From positions 657,851-721,850 of the forward strand of contig CAXXXF010000006.1 in NCBI GenBank assembly GCA_963667175.2: a DNA stretch of 64,000 bases. Direction: 5' to 3'. How positions within the stretch are numbered: position 1 is the first letter of the stretch; the number at the start of each line of letters is the position of its first letter. Below the pieces are notes generated by a model. The model ran no database searches, was not told the DNA's origin, and saw only the letters and a program-made list of their open reading frames with translations. Positions 48,789 through 57,804 of this stretch are shown here, piece by piece. The DNA comes from Candidatus Latescibacterota bacterium. GTDB taxonomy: Bacteria; Latescibacterota; UBA2968; GCA-2709665. The position numbers were made by a program, and so were the translations under genes.

Positions 48789-51700
48789 TCATTTCAGCAG
48801 CACCATCTTCCTGACCGCCGTGAACCTGTCGTCGCCCGCCACAAGACGGACGCAGTAGATCCCGCTGGAAACTTCCCTCCCCGAGTCGTCCCTCCCGTCC
48901 CAGCTCACCTGGTAATATCCGGCCTGCCGGTTTCCATCGGCCAGCACGCGGACCCGCTGTCCGAGAAGATTGTAGACGATCAGCGAGATATCGCCGGTCT
49001 GGGGTAGCTGGTAAGCGATCTGGCATTCGATATTGAACGGGTTCGGGAAATTCTGATACAGGGCATATTCCCCGGGTTCGGCCGGCGCTTCCCCCAGGAA
49101 GCGACCGCCCACCTTCCATCCCGTCACTTCGCCCCTGTCCGTACCGACCACCACGCCTTCACCGATTCTCACGATATGGGTCGGCCGTCCTGACGTCTTT
49201 CCAACAGCGCCGATCTCACCGGCGCCGTCCAGGACGAGGATGCTCCCGTCCTCGGAGCCGGTCACGACAAAGGACGCGTCATTGGCGCGCAGGAACGCCA
49301 GCACGGTGGGCGGGCTGTGCAGCCGGCGGGTCCAGACCCGATTGCATCGCGCATCCAGCGCGACGACGAATCCCTTCGACGTCGCCGCAAGGATTTCCTT
49401 CTTCCCGTCTCCGTCCAGATCCCCGACGTCCAGGTCGCGCATGTTCTGCGAGGGAATGCGGTTCCCCGGGCCGAAATTCGCGTTATAAAGGGCGGCGCCG
49501 TTCTCATCCCAGACGGTCACCCGGTTCCACGTGCCGTTGATCTCGCTGATCACCTCTCTCGTCCCGTCGGCGTCCAGATCTTCGTAGAAAATGTGTTTCC
49601 GGCTCATCGAGGCCCATCCGCCAATATAGGTGTGGCCTGCCGGAACCCCGGCGAACCGGCCCCGGATGACCTGCGTCGATCGACTGTTCACCACGGACAG
49701 CGCATGCGAATCCGTGGGCTGCCTCGCGATCAGAAGATCGACGCCGCCCCGCGGGCTCTCGACGAGCGCGAACCGGGCACCGGGCCCCCAGAACACGGGC
49801 AGCCTCTCCTCCAGCTCTCCCCGGCCGTTCAGGATCTCCAGCGTACACGCGCTTCCGACGAACGCCTGGCTCCGGCCGTTTCGAAAGATGCCCGTATGAA
49901 GTCCATGGATCCCCCCGTGCCCCGGCGCGGTCTTGAACCAGTAGGTCTTCCCGGCCTGATAGACCGCCGGGTGCATTTCAGAAACGAACGTCCACCGGCG
50001 TCTTCCCTCCAGGTCGAACGCGATCACCTGCTCATCTTTGCATCCGACCAGCAACAACTGGAAAGCATCCCACCAGCGCAGCACCCGAACCGGGCCGTCG
50101 GTCCCGAAGAACCGACCCTCCCGGCCATCCGAAGTGAGCAGATGCACCCCTTTGTCCATACCCACGCCGAGCCACGTCCTGCCTCCGGCATCGAAGGAAA
50201 TCATGTCCGTTACGGCGCCGCCGACCCGTGTTCGCAAAAACAAAGGCGCGGGCGGACCATCCGGAACCGCCGGAACGACAGGATTCTCAGCCTCCCGCCG
50301 GCGCGCCGCCAGAGCCTGAGACAACAGCCCGCTGAGGCGATCGACCGTTCCGGAAAGCACTTCCGGTTCCGGCGCCGCGCCGGTCAACTCATGCCGGCCC
50401 TCCGGCACGTGAAATACGGCGCCGCTATCGGAATCGGCGCGGATCGAGAGCGGAACGCCATCCATCCTGACCGTCGACGGTTCCGCGAACGCCGCGCGGA
50501 CCCGGGTTTCCTCTGATGTTGTGAGGACGGCGGATCCCGATTGAAAGTCCCAGTCCAGATCCACCGGCGCATCCGCCGCGAACAGAACGCTGCCGTGCCC
50601 GGCCGTCTTCAGATCTTTCCCGAAGAGGTGATCGGCGGCCAGCACGACGACGTCGCCCTGAGTGCCGGCGTATTCGCCGGAAACGGCAATCACCGGCTCG
50701 GGAAGACCCAGTATCGCCGCGCGTGGATTCAGCCGCAGGCAGGCGACCGGCGCTCCCGCCGCGGCGTTCCCGGAAATCAGCGAAAAGAACGCGCGCTCCT
50801 CACCGGACGATACCGCGCCTGTCCACACCATGGAAGCCGTTCTGCCGTTGATCATCACCTCCACGGGGTCCGAGGCACGGATTCCAAAGCGGGTTCCGCC
50901 GCTTTCGACGCGGGGCTGGCCGTCTGCCGAAGACAGACGCCATCGCCCTGGCGCCATCCATTCGGTCCGTACTTCGAGATTCGCGCTATCCACCCGGAAT
51001 CCGAGTCGATCCACAAACAGCGCAAACCTGCCGGAGCGTTGCACCAGAGCGCGGCGCCAGCTGCAGAACGACGCATCGGGCACCTCGGCGACGGCCACTG
51101 CCGTCTGGCCCAACACGTCGTGGAAGCGAAGCGCCGCGTCCATCGGGCTCCGCGGCGCCACCAGCCCGTCTGCGCCTGTCAGCACCTGATTTCGGTACCC
51201 CTGGAGTACCGTTTCTCCATCCATGCGGAGCTCCAGGACAGCAAACGCGTGGTAGGGATTTCGGGATGCGCCGTTCAATCCGTCGATCAGGATGAAATCC
51301 CCGGTCGCGTCGGTGGTGTTTCGAAAGCTCCCGAACTGAAACGAGTCCGACAGCGGCAGCCCGCTCGCACGTCGTTTCCACAGGGGCTCCGGCAGGGCCA
51401 ATACGCTCCATTTCCCGATAAGGTCGGTCGGCTGGACCGGAACGAGGTCGGATGCCGGCCAGAACGACTGGCCCAGCCGGAACCTGTCCACGTCCACGCC
51501 GGTCCTGCGCGCGTATTCCAGATACCGCCCGTCACCCGTGAGATGCGCGGCCTTGTGGAGGTACCCGATGGAGGCGTAGCGAAGCGCCCAGTCGGGCTCG
51601 CGGCCTGAGATCAGCATCTCCTGCCCGCGCAGCAGCGTCTCCAGAACGCCGTTGTGCAGCGCGGCCCGATCCCCCGAAACCAGCATGTAGGTGAAGATTG

Positions 51701-52934
51701 GAGCGATGCCGGTACTGTACCAGTACAGATTGTCGGCTTCGCCCATCACCCACGCGTGGTGACGCAGCGGAGAGAACTGCCATTCAGCCGCCCACATGCA
51801 GTGCTGCCAGAGCGGGTGGGGGTAGTCCTTCTGAAAGTACCGGCCGAGACAGTAGAGCGCAACGGCCGCCCACTGGTGGTGCCGCGTACCGACGCCCGCG
51901 GGCGGCGCGTCATAGGCCTCTCTGCCCATGTCCAGGTTTCGCGCGATCATAGCCGTACGGCTCTGCCCGTAGGGATCGTGTGTAAACTGTTTCGCGAACG
52001 CGTTGGTGATCCGGCGGCGCTGCTGGTCCGTGAAGACCGGGCTCTCCTCGATCAGGTCCCAGTACAGGATCAACATATGTGCGGTATAATGGTACGGGCC
52101 AGTGAGGGGCTCATCCTTGTTCTCGATCCGTTCGCCGTCTATCGCCGCAATCTGCGCCTTCGCCCCGGCGTCGGGGAACGCCAGCCGGAGAAACTCCCGC
52201 GCATGGTGTTCCTTACCGGTCATATAGTACATCGCCATATGCTTGCTGATGCTGTTCCACCCGAAATAGCCCACGGACCGGTAACCCGCCGAGGCCTCCC
52301 AGGTCTCGAAATCCTCAAGCTCTTCGGGCGCCTTTGTGCCGTTTCCAAGCCGGATTTCCATCAGCCGGCCGACCGTCAGGCCGGTCCCGTTTCCGGAATC
52401 GCCGGCCAGCTTTTGAATGAACACGTCCGCCGCCTGAGCCACACCGCCTGCATCGCTCCCGCCCACCAGTATCACGTTGCGGCCGTTTCCGAAGGGATTG
52501 TGGAGCGATCGCACGACGTAGCCGCCGGGACCCGGGTATTTCAGGTCCAGCAGCGTGTAATACAGATCATACAGCGCCGAAATGGCGCGATTCGTGGACC
52601 TGTTGCCCAACACGATCAGGTTTTCGGTGATCGGAACCGAACCGGCTGGAGAATCGTCCCGCACGACAGGGAGCTCTACTCCGGTCCGTTCAAGAACGGC
52701 CTGCCGGATACGCGCTGCGGCGGCGGCGTAGATTCCGCTTGATGGGGTCACGATGGTCGCGGCCGTCCGCCCGTTCTCGACCAGTCGGGTAGTCAGGTGA
52801 AGGTCCTTCAGGCTGCCGTATACGGGAGGGATCGAGGCGGGGTCCGCAAACAGGGGGGTTGCAGGTGCGAAGAGTAATAGAAGGGAAAGCGCGTGGGCGG
52901 ACAGGGCTTGAATGTTGCGCGGGCGTCTATCCAT
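48789..52934 (-). CDS. Large secreted protein with beta-propeller/FG-GAP-like region and FlgD-Ig (T9SS-like) C-terminal domain
   Basis: Signal peptide. DLDADG/DLDGDG repeats. Tail YALYQNFPNPFN..WDGRDDSG..SSGIY..RKMVLLK. Confidence 0.8.
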   Translation of the reverse strand: MDRRPRNIQALSAHALSLLLLFAPATPLFADPASIPPVYGSLKDLHLTTRLVENGRTAATIVTPSSGIYAAAAARIRQAVLERTGVELPVVRDDSPAGSVPITENLIVLGNRSTNRAISALYDLYYTLLDLKYPGPGGYVVRSLHNPFGNGRNVILVGGSDAGGVAQAADVFIQKLAGDSGNGTGLTVGRLMEIRLGNGTKAPEELEDFETWEASAGYRSVGYFGWNSISKHMAMYYMTGKEHHAREFLRLAFPDAGAKAQIAAIDGERIENKDEPLTGPYHYTAHMLILYWDLIEESPVFTDQQRRRITNAFAKQFTHDPYGQSRTAMIARNLDMGREAYDAPPAGVGTRHHQWAAVALYCLGRYFQKDYPHPLWQHCMWAAEWQFSPLRHHAWVMGEADNLYWYSTGIAPIFTYMLVSGDRAALHNGVLETLLRGQEMLISGREPDWALRYASIGYLHKAAHLTGDGRYLEYARRTGVDVDRFRLGQSFWPASDLVPVQPTDLIGKWSVLALPEPLWKRRASGLPLSDSFQFGSFRNTTDATGDFILIDGLNGASRNPYHAFAVLELRMDGETVLQGYRNQVLTGADGLVAPRSPMDAALRFHDVLGQTAVAVAEVPDASFCSWRRALVQRSGRFALFVDRLGFRVDSANLEVRTEWMAPGRWRLSSADGQPRVESGGTRFGIRASDPVEVMINGRTASMVWTGAVSSGEERAFFSLISGNAAAGAPVACLRLNPRAAILGLPEPVIAVSGEYAGTQGDVVVLAADHLFGKDLKTAGHGSVLFAADAPVDLDWDFQSGSAVLTTSEETRVRAAFAEPSTVRMDGVPLSIRADSDSGAVFHVPEGRHELTGAAPEPEVLSGTVDRLSGLLSQALAARRREAENPVVPAVPDGPPAPLFLRTRVGGAVTDMISFDAGGRTWLGVGMDKGVHLLTSDGREGRFFGTDGPVRVLRWWDAFQLLLVGCKDEQVIAFDLEGRRRWTFVSEMHPAVYQAGKTYWFKTAPGHGGIHGLHTGIFRNGRSQAFVGSACTLEILNGRGELEERLPVFWGPGARFALVESPRGGVDLLIARQPTDSHALSVVNSRSTQVIRGRFAGVPAGHTYIGGWASMSRKHIFYEDLDADGTREVISEINGTWNRVTVWDENGAALYNANFGPGNRIPSQNMRDLDVGDLDGDGKKEILAATSKGFVVALDARCNRVWTRRLHSPPTVLAFLRANDASFVVTGSEDGSILVLDGAGEIGAVGKTSGRPTHIVRIGEGVVVGTDRGEVTGWKVGGRFLGEAPAEPGEYALYQNFPNPFNIECQIAYQLPQTGDISLIVYNLLGQRVRVLADGNRQAGYYQVSWDGRDDSGREVSSGIYCVRLVAGDDRFTAVRKMVLLK

Positions 52935-53080
52935 TGAGACCCCCTCCGGCCGATCGTGCCTCCGCGAGATCAGACGGCCCATCCTGTCGACGGGCATCGG
53001 GCCGGTTGTGCGCGCCGAACCGGCCCCGTGTTCCGATCGGTGCGGCTTCCGCGACACGAGAATCGCGCTTGAATACGGGT

Positions 53081-53863
53081 TCAAGGCAGCCACGACAGCG
53101 ATTTGTGCGGACGTTCAACCGACGTTACCTTCAGAAAAATATCCTTCAATGAAGCTCTCGTCCCGCTGTCGCCCAGCGCCTTCAACCGTGACTCCAGCTG
53201 GTCCATCCGGCTCTGGAACACGACCTTCCCCTTGTGGATGATCGCGCACTCCGTGCACAACGATTCAATCCATTCCAGAACGTGGGTGGTAATGACAACG
53301 GTCGCACCCTTTCGGTTCATCCGCAGAAGAATCTGCCTGATCTCTTCCGTCGACGTCGGGTCGATGCCGTCAAACGGTTCGTCCAGGATCAACAGATCGG
53401 GCTCGTGAATGATGGCCGCGGCCAGAGACACCTTCTGCTTCATCCCCTTGGAATAGGTGTCAATCGTCCGATCTTCCACGTCCGAGAGATCGAAGAACCG
53501 CAGGAGTTCCGCCACCCTGCTTTGCAGTCGCTCCCCGGGTACCTCGTACATGGTTCCGGCAAACTTGAGGAATTCCTTCCCGGTCAATCTGTCAACGTAT
53601 GCAGCGTGATCAAGAACAAACCCCATGCGCCGCCTGTGTGCGAACGAACCGGGTCGGATTTCCTCTTCGAACAGCCGGATCCGTCCGCGGTCATGCCTGG
53701 TCAGCCCGGCAAGTACGCGGATCACGCTCGACTTGCCGGCGCCGTTCGGTCCGCAAAGCCCCACGAAACTGCCACGGTCTACCTCCAGATGAAGGTCGTC
53801 CAGAGCCGTGACCCTGCCTCTTCGGTAGGTCAGCCTCAGGTTATCGAGCTGGATACATTTCAT
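53081..53863 (-). CDS. ABC transporter ATP-binding protein (exporter type)
   Basis: GPNGAGKS, YSKGMKQK, LILDEPFDGID. Confidence 0.93.
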   Translation of the reverse strand: MKCIQLDNLRLTYRRGRVTALDDLHLEVDRGSFVGLCGPNGAGKSSVIRVLAGLTRHDRGRIRLFEEEIRPGSFAHRRRMGFVLDHAAYVDRLTGKEFLKFAGTMYEVPGERLQSRVAELLRFFDLSDVEDRTIDTYSKGMKQKVSLAAAIIHEPDLLILDEPFDGIDPTSTEEIRQILLRMNRKGATVVITTHVLEWIESLCTECAIIHKGKVVFQSRMDQLESRLKALGDSGTRASLKDIFLKVTSVERPHKSLSWLP

Positions 53864-54545
53864 TGCCAATCTCGACGATCTCCGCGCTCTTGCGATGCGC
53901 AAGCGGGGCGATATGGCGAAACAGCGCCAGAACGTACAGGAGGACTTCCAATAGAACGACCAGCAGACACAGCAGGTAGGATTCAAGATACATCCAGCAG
54001 ATCAGATATGGAACCGAGGCGAGGAATAACACGGCAGAGAACACGAACATTTGAAGCAGCGCCGCGCGGAAGAAACGCCGGAATACGGCGACGTAGTTGA
54101 ACGCAATGAGAAGTGGAAAGATGATGATCATGAAATACGTGAAAACTGAAATACTATGCCTCAGCGTAGTCGAAGGCGCCCATTGACAGCCGAATCCGCA
54201 TACCAGGGCGCCAAAGCACACGAGCAGAAACAGGCTTAGATTCTGTGCCATGAGAACTTCCCTGAGAGGGGTCCCGGAAACAACGTAGAATTCGAAGACC
54301 CGAGGATAGACCAGCAGCGAACCGAATGACGGCGCCGTTATGCTGAGCATGACGAAGAAAGGGACGATATGGAAGACTTCGACCGGCAACCGCGGCGCTA
54401 TGAAGACATAATATCCGAAACCTGCAAGACCGATAAGAGGAACGATAAGAAGCAGAATAACGGGATGACGGCCCGCGATGCCCAGTCTCAGGCGCGCGTC
54501 GACCCGGAACATGGCGACGAAACGCTGCAGATTCAGGCCGGTCAT
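53841..54545 (-). CDS. Multi-pass membrane protein, putative ABC permease
   Basis: About 6 hydrophobic segments. Overlaps the ATPase start. Confidence 0.7.
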   Translation of the reverse strand: MTGLNLQRFVAMFRVDARLRLGIAGRHPVILLLIVPLIGLAGFGYYVFIAPRLPVEVFHIVPFFVMLSITAPSFGSLLVYPRVFEFYVVSGTPLREVLMAQNLSLFLLVCFGALVCGFGCQWAPSTTLRHSISVFTYFMIIIFPLLIAFNYVAVFRRFFRAALLQMFVFSAVLFLASVPYLICWMYLESYLLCLLVVLLEVLLYVLALFRHIAPLAHRKSAEIVEIGNEMYPAR

Positions 54546-55198
54546 CTGGAATATCTGGAGACCAGAACCGTGCCGGTCGTGCAGAGCGTGATCAGAATGA
54601 AAACCGCAGACAGCATGATCGGGAATCTCCAATACGACACGAACTCGTAGGCGACGTTAGAGGGAAACACCCTGCTGACTAACAGCCACGCAGGCACAAA
54701 GGCCATAGACAATATCGCGGCGGCCCACTGGAAGACGTTGAAGGATCGAGAAAAAACCGATCTCAGAAGTTTAAAGTTTATAGCGACCGCCGTCATCAAG
54801 ACATAGCTCATTACCAGGCAGGTCAGATAGAAGAAAATGACGGAATATTTCGGATACAACAACAGTACCAGCCACAAAGAACAGGCAACCAGTATCGGGA
54901 GGCTGTCGTTGACGAACTCGGTCGCCCAGAGAAGGACGAAAACCATCCGGTCTGACAGGGGGTATATTTTCACGTGGGACAATCGGATGACATCGGCAGC
55001 CAAACCAAACGAGAAGAAATGGGCGCACGCAAGCAAAACAACGCAAAACCCTTTCCCGTGCGCCGACTCCATGACGTAGCCGAGAAGAAGCGTACTGATC
55101 GCCAACGCGCAAAGCATCAACAACGTCGACGGACGCTGCATGGTGTTGCGTTTGAGAATCGTCCATCGGACGCAAAGTATCGCTACGATCTTCTTCAT
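54542..55198 (-). CDS. Multi-pass membrane protein, putative ABC permease
   Basis: About 6 hydrophobic segments. ATGA overlap with the next gene. Confidence 0.7.
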   Translation of the reverse strand: MKKIVAILCVRWTILKRNTMQRPSTLLMLCALAISTLLLGYVMESAHGKGFCVVLLACAHFFSFGLAADVIRLSHVKIYPLSDRMVFVLLWATEFVNDSLPILVACSLWLVLLLYPKYSVIFFYLTCLVMSYVLMTAVAINFKLLRSVFSRSFNVFQWAAAILSMAFVPAWLLVSRVFPSNVAYEFVSYWRFPIMLSAVFILITLCTTGTVLVSRYSR

Positions 55199-55255
55199 CC
55201 GTGAATTTTCGAGAGATGCGGACGCCCTTGCATGGTCAATTCGCGGCGACGCCTA

Positions 55256-55537
55256 CTATGCCTTTTCATCGCTCCCGTCGCGCCCCCCGAACAGCCTCGC
55301 CATCACCCTGTCCGCCCAATCCCAATACGGCCTCAATGCTTTTTGTGACGTGGCGATCAGACCACCTAACAAGCCGCCAATGACGCCGTGACTGATGCCC
55401 ACGTTCAAATCCGGGAAGGCATATTCAATCACCTGCACAAATGGAGGCGACACAAAGATTGCCACACATAGCACCAGAAGGACAAAGCCGAACAGGGTGC
55501 CCTGCCACGTATTCGAGAAATAATACCTGCGGTTCAC
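55256..55537 (-). CDS. Small two-TM protein
   Basis: GAGGAGG RBS before GTG. Hydrophobic helices including GVIGGLLGGLIA. Confidence 0.65.
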   Translation of the reverse strand: MNRRYYFSNTWQGTLFGFVLLVLCVAIFVSPPFVQVIEYAFPDLNVGISHGVIGGLLGGLIATSQKALRPYWDWADRVMARLFGGRDGSDEKA

Positions 55538-55920
55538 TCAGGGCCTCCTCGACGCGGGATAAGTAATCACGAAAACCTCGACGAGTTGTCTTGCGATTCG
55601 CATGCCAACACACGTCGCGGACATTTCGAGAGTATTCTTGCAGCAGGAAGGTCAACAGTCCGGCGGTCAGACGACTCTTCGATGAATCACACTGATTCGT
55701 GTATTTCCGTCGAAGACCGGCCGCAGATATTCATCTCACCATGATAACTGGCTCAGCCGTTACTTTCACGTGTTTTCTCAACCGCTTCGGCGACACACAT
55801 GCACGACCCGCTCACGCGTTGCACCGACGTCACACAGGCGACCGGCGCAAACCGTGAACTTTCGGATAGCGATGAATGTTGCCATTCTCCGATATTCACA
55901 GGTCCGTTATCTTCCATTCC

Positions 55921-55948
55921 TTCTGTGCCCTTTGTGCTTTTTGTGGCT
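55921..55948 (+). repeat. 3x9-bp pyrimidine-rich motif
   Basis: TTCTGTGCC-CTTTGTGCT-TTTTGTGGC. Confidence 0.55.
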
Positions 55949-56344
55949 GTTGACCTTAAAAACAACGTCGTCAGAGTTCGAATTTGAATCACTATAAATC
56001 CTGCAGGGCTCAGGCTGCCTATGTGACGTTCGCTCGATGATTTTTTCCTTTTGACATTGAATGGCGCTATATGTAGTATCACTTTGAGGCCACCATCAAT
56101 GCCATCCTCGTTACGAAATGCGGGCTTGTACTCCTCGTATGGCGCTTCGTATCAGGCTCTATAACGGGGAGCGTTAAATAGATTACACTATTAGAGGGCG
56201 GCGTACCGTACGAATGGGATCTGGAAGTAACGCTCTATTACCGGATGCGACAAATGGTTGACGTCAATTCCCGGTTACGCCAGAGCAGGATGATGTAGTC
56301 TTTAAAATGCTCCCCGTATCAGGACGCATCTCAAACCCAAATTC

Positions 56345-56601
56345 GTAGGGGCAGGTTTCAAACCTGCCCGCGCATTCACTGACGGTCATGCAAACCCACC
56401 TGAGCGTAGTAAGTCTACGCAACGTAAGGAGCGCCCAATCGTTGGTCAATCGATGCACACCGGCAACCTGTCCGCGCCCCACCTGCGGAATATACGCCTG
56501 AAGGGTTTTGATTACAGCCGTCCTGGAGCGCATTTTTTCATAACGCGCACCCGGATTCGTGTGTGTGAGCGGGTAGGGGCAGGTTTGAAACCTGCCCCTA
56601 C
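56345..56601 (+). repeat. Pair of GTAG-type REP palindromes
   Basis: GTAGGGGCAGGTTTCAAACCTGCCC at 56345 and perfect GTAGGGGCAGGTTT-G-AAACCTGCCCCTAC at 56573-56601. Confidence 0.85.
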
Positions 56602-56617
56602 ATCCAAGAACGGTTGA
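56453..56617 (+). pseudogene. N-terminal remnant of a REP-associated tyrosine transposase (RAYT)
   Basis: 54-aa ORF HLRNIRLKGFDYSRPGAHFFIT matches the RAYT N-terminus pattern (R.SIRLKGYDYS.PGAYF.T), then reads through the REP as VGAGLKPAPT. Confidence 0.75.
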
Positions 56618-56755
56618 CGTCAACGCCCGGCTACGCCAGAGCAGGTCGAGCAAAGAGGGGGCTCTCAAGAGTATCCTGGATCAGGTGCCTGACCGACCTC
56701 CTCTACCGGAAGACAAGCTCTAACCTTGCCATACCTCCGGCCGGAAGGAAGCGAA

Positions 56756-57619
56756 ATGCGATACCGTCCGTTCGGCAAAACGGGCGTCCGTGTCAGCGAG
56801 GTCAGCCTGGGCGGCGCGTACATCGGCGGAACCGATCCCGAACGCGAGAAAGAAAACGCGGTGGAGATCGTCCGCCGCGCGGAAGCGCGCGGAATCAACT
56901 ATATCGACACCGCGCCACTGTACCGCGGAAGCGAAGCGCTGTTCGGGTACGCCCTCGAAGCCGCGAAGGCGCGTATGCACGTCGCAACGAAGGTCGGCTT
57001 CGACCCCGAAGACTTCGATTATCGCCGCGACAGCGTCCTGCGCAGTCTGGAAAGAAGCCTCGAGCGGCTGCGAATACCGAAGCTCTTCTCGGCCCAGATT
57101 CACCAGGTGAGCGAAGCCGGCTGGGAACGCATTATGGAACCCGGCGGCACCCTCGAGGGGCTTCGGGAAGCGCAGAAGCGCGGCCTGTGCGACCATGTCG
57201 GCATTACGGACCGGGCTATCCCCCTTCTGGCGGAACTCGCCCGTACAGGGGAATTCGACGCCCTGCTCGTCTTCCTCGATTACCACCCGCTTTCGCAAAA
57301 AGCCGCCGAAGAGGTCATACCGGCCGCCGCCGCAGGCGGGATGGGCATTGTCGTCGCCACCGTGCTCGCCGGCGGGCTGTTTTCCGATGCACCCCGCCGG
57401 AAGGCCGCGCTTGAAAACCTGGGAGACCGCGCGGAACGCGACAGGGCGGAAGGCATCATCGGACGACTGTGCGACGGACCCGGAACCGTACCCCGGAATG
57501 CCTTCCGGTACGTCCTCGCCGACGCGAGGGTCAGCACGGTTTCGAGCGGCGCGGCGACCGCGGCTGAGCTGGACGACGTGTCGCGCGCTTCGGAAGCGGG
57601 GCCGCTTGCGTGGCGATGA
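56756..57619 (+). CDS. Aldo/keto reductase
   Basis: YRPFGKTGVRVSEVSLGG, GINYIDTAPLY, VATKVG, SLERSLERL. Confidence 0.9.
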   Translation: MRYRPFGKTGVRVSEVSLGGAYIGGTDPEREKENAVEIVRRAEARGINYIDTAPLYRGSEALFGYALEAAKARMHVATKVGFDPEDFDYRRDSVLRSLERSLERLRIPKLFSAQIHQVSEAGWERIMEPGGTLEGLREAQKRGLCDHVGITDRAIPLLAELARTGEFDALLVFLDYHPLSQKAAEEVIPAAAAGGMGIVVATVLAGGLFSDAPRRKAALENLGDRAERDRAEGIIGRLCDGPGTVPRNAFRYVLADARVSTVSSGAATAAELDDVSRASEAGPLAWR

Positions 57620-57804
57620 GCCGGGCGCGCTAACACAGCACGGCCCCCTTCTGGTATTGCAGGGAACCATAGTCGGAAATTCCGTGTCTTTCCTGGGTGT
57701 GGGAGTCCCTGTCAGCGCCCCAGGCGTCCCGTTGAATTCCATGGCCGGAATCGATCCGGCCGCCGAACGGCGATCCCCGGCGATTACGCGCGAAGGATTG
57801 GAAG

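Noticed and set aside
54159-54176. CCTCAGCGTAGTCGAAGG inside a permease gene resembles a REP-like repeat
   Set aside because: Only 18 nt with no partner arm; may be chance.
55753-56082. Cys-containing small ORF as a RiPP precursor
   Set aside because: No clear RBS or leader motif, it runs through a repeat, and there are no modifying enzymes nearby.
56256-56645. Possible CRISPR array from the 34-bp repeats
   Set aside because: Only two copies 356 bp apart and no cas genes.
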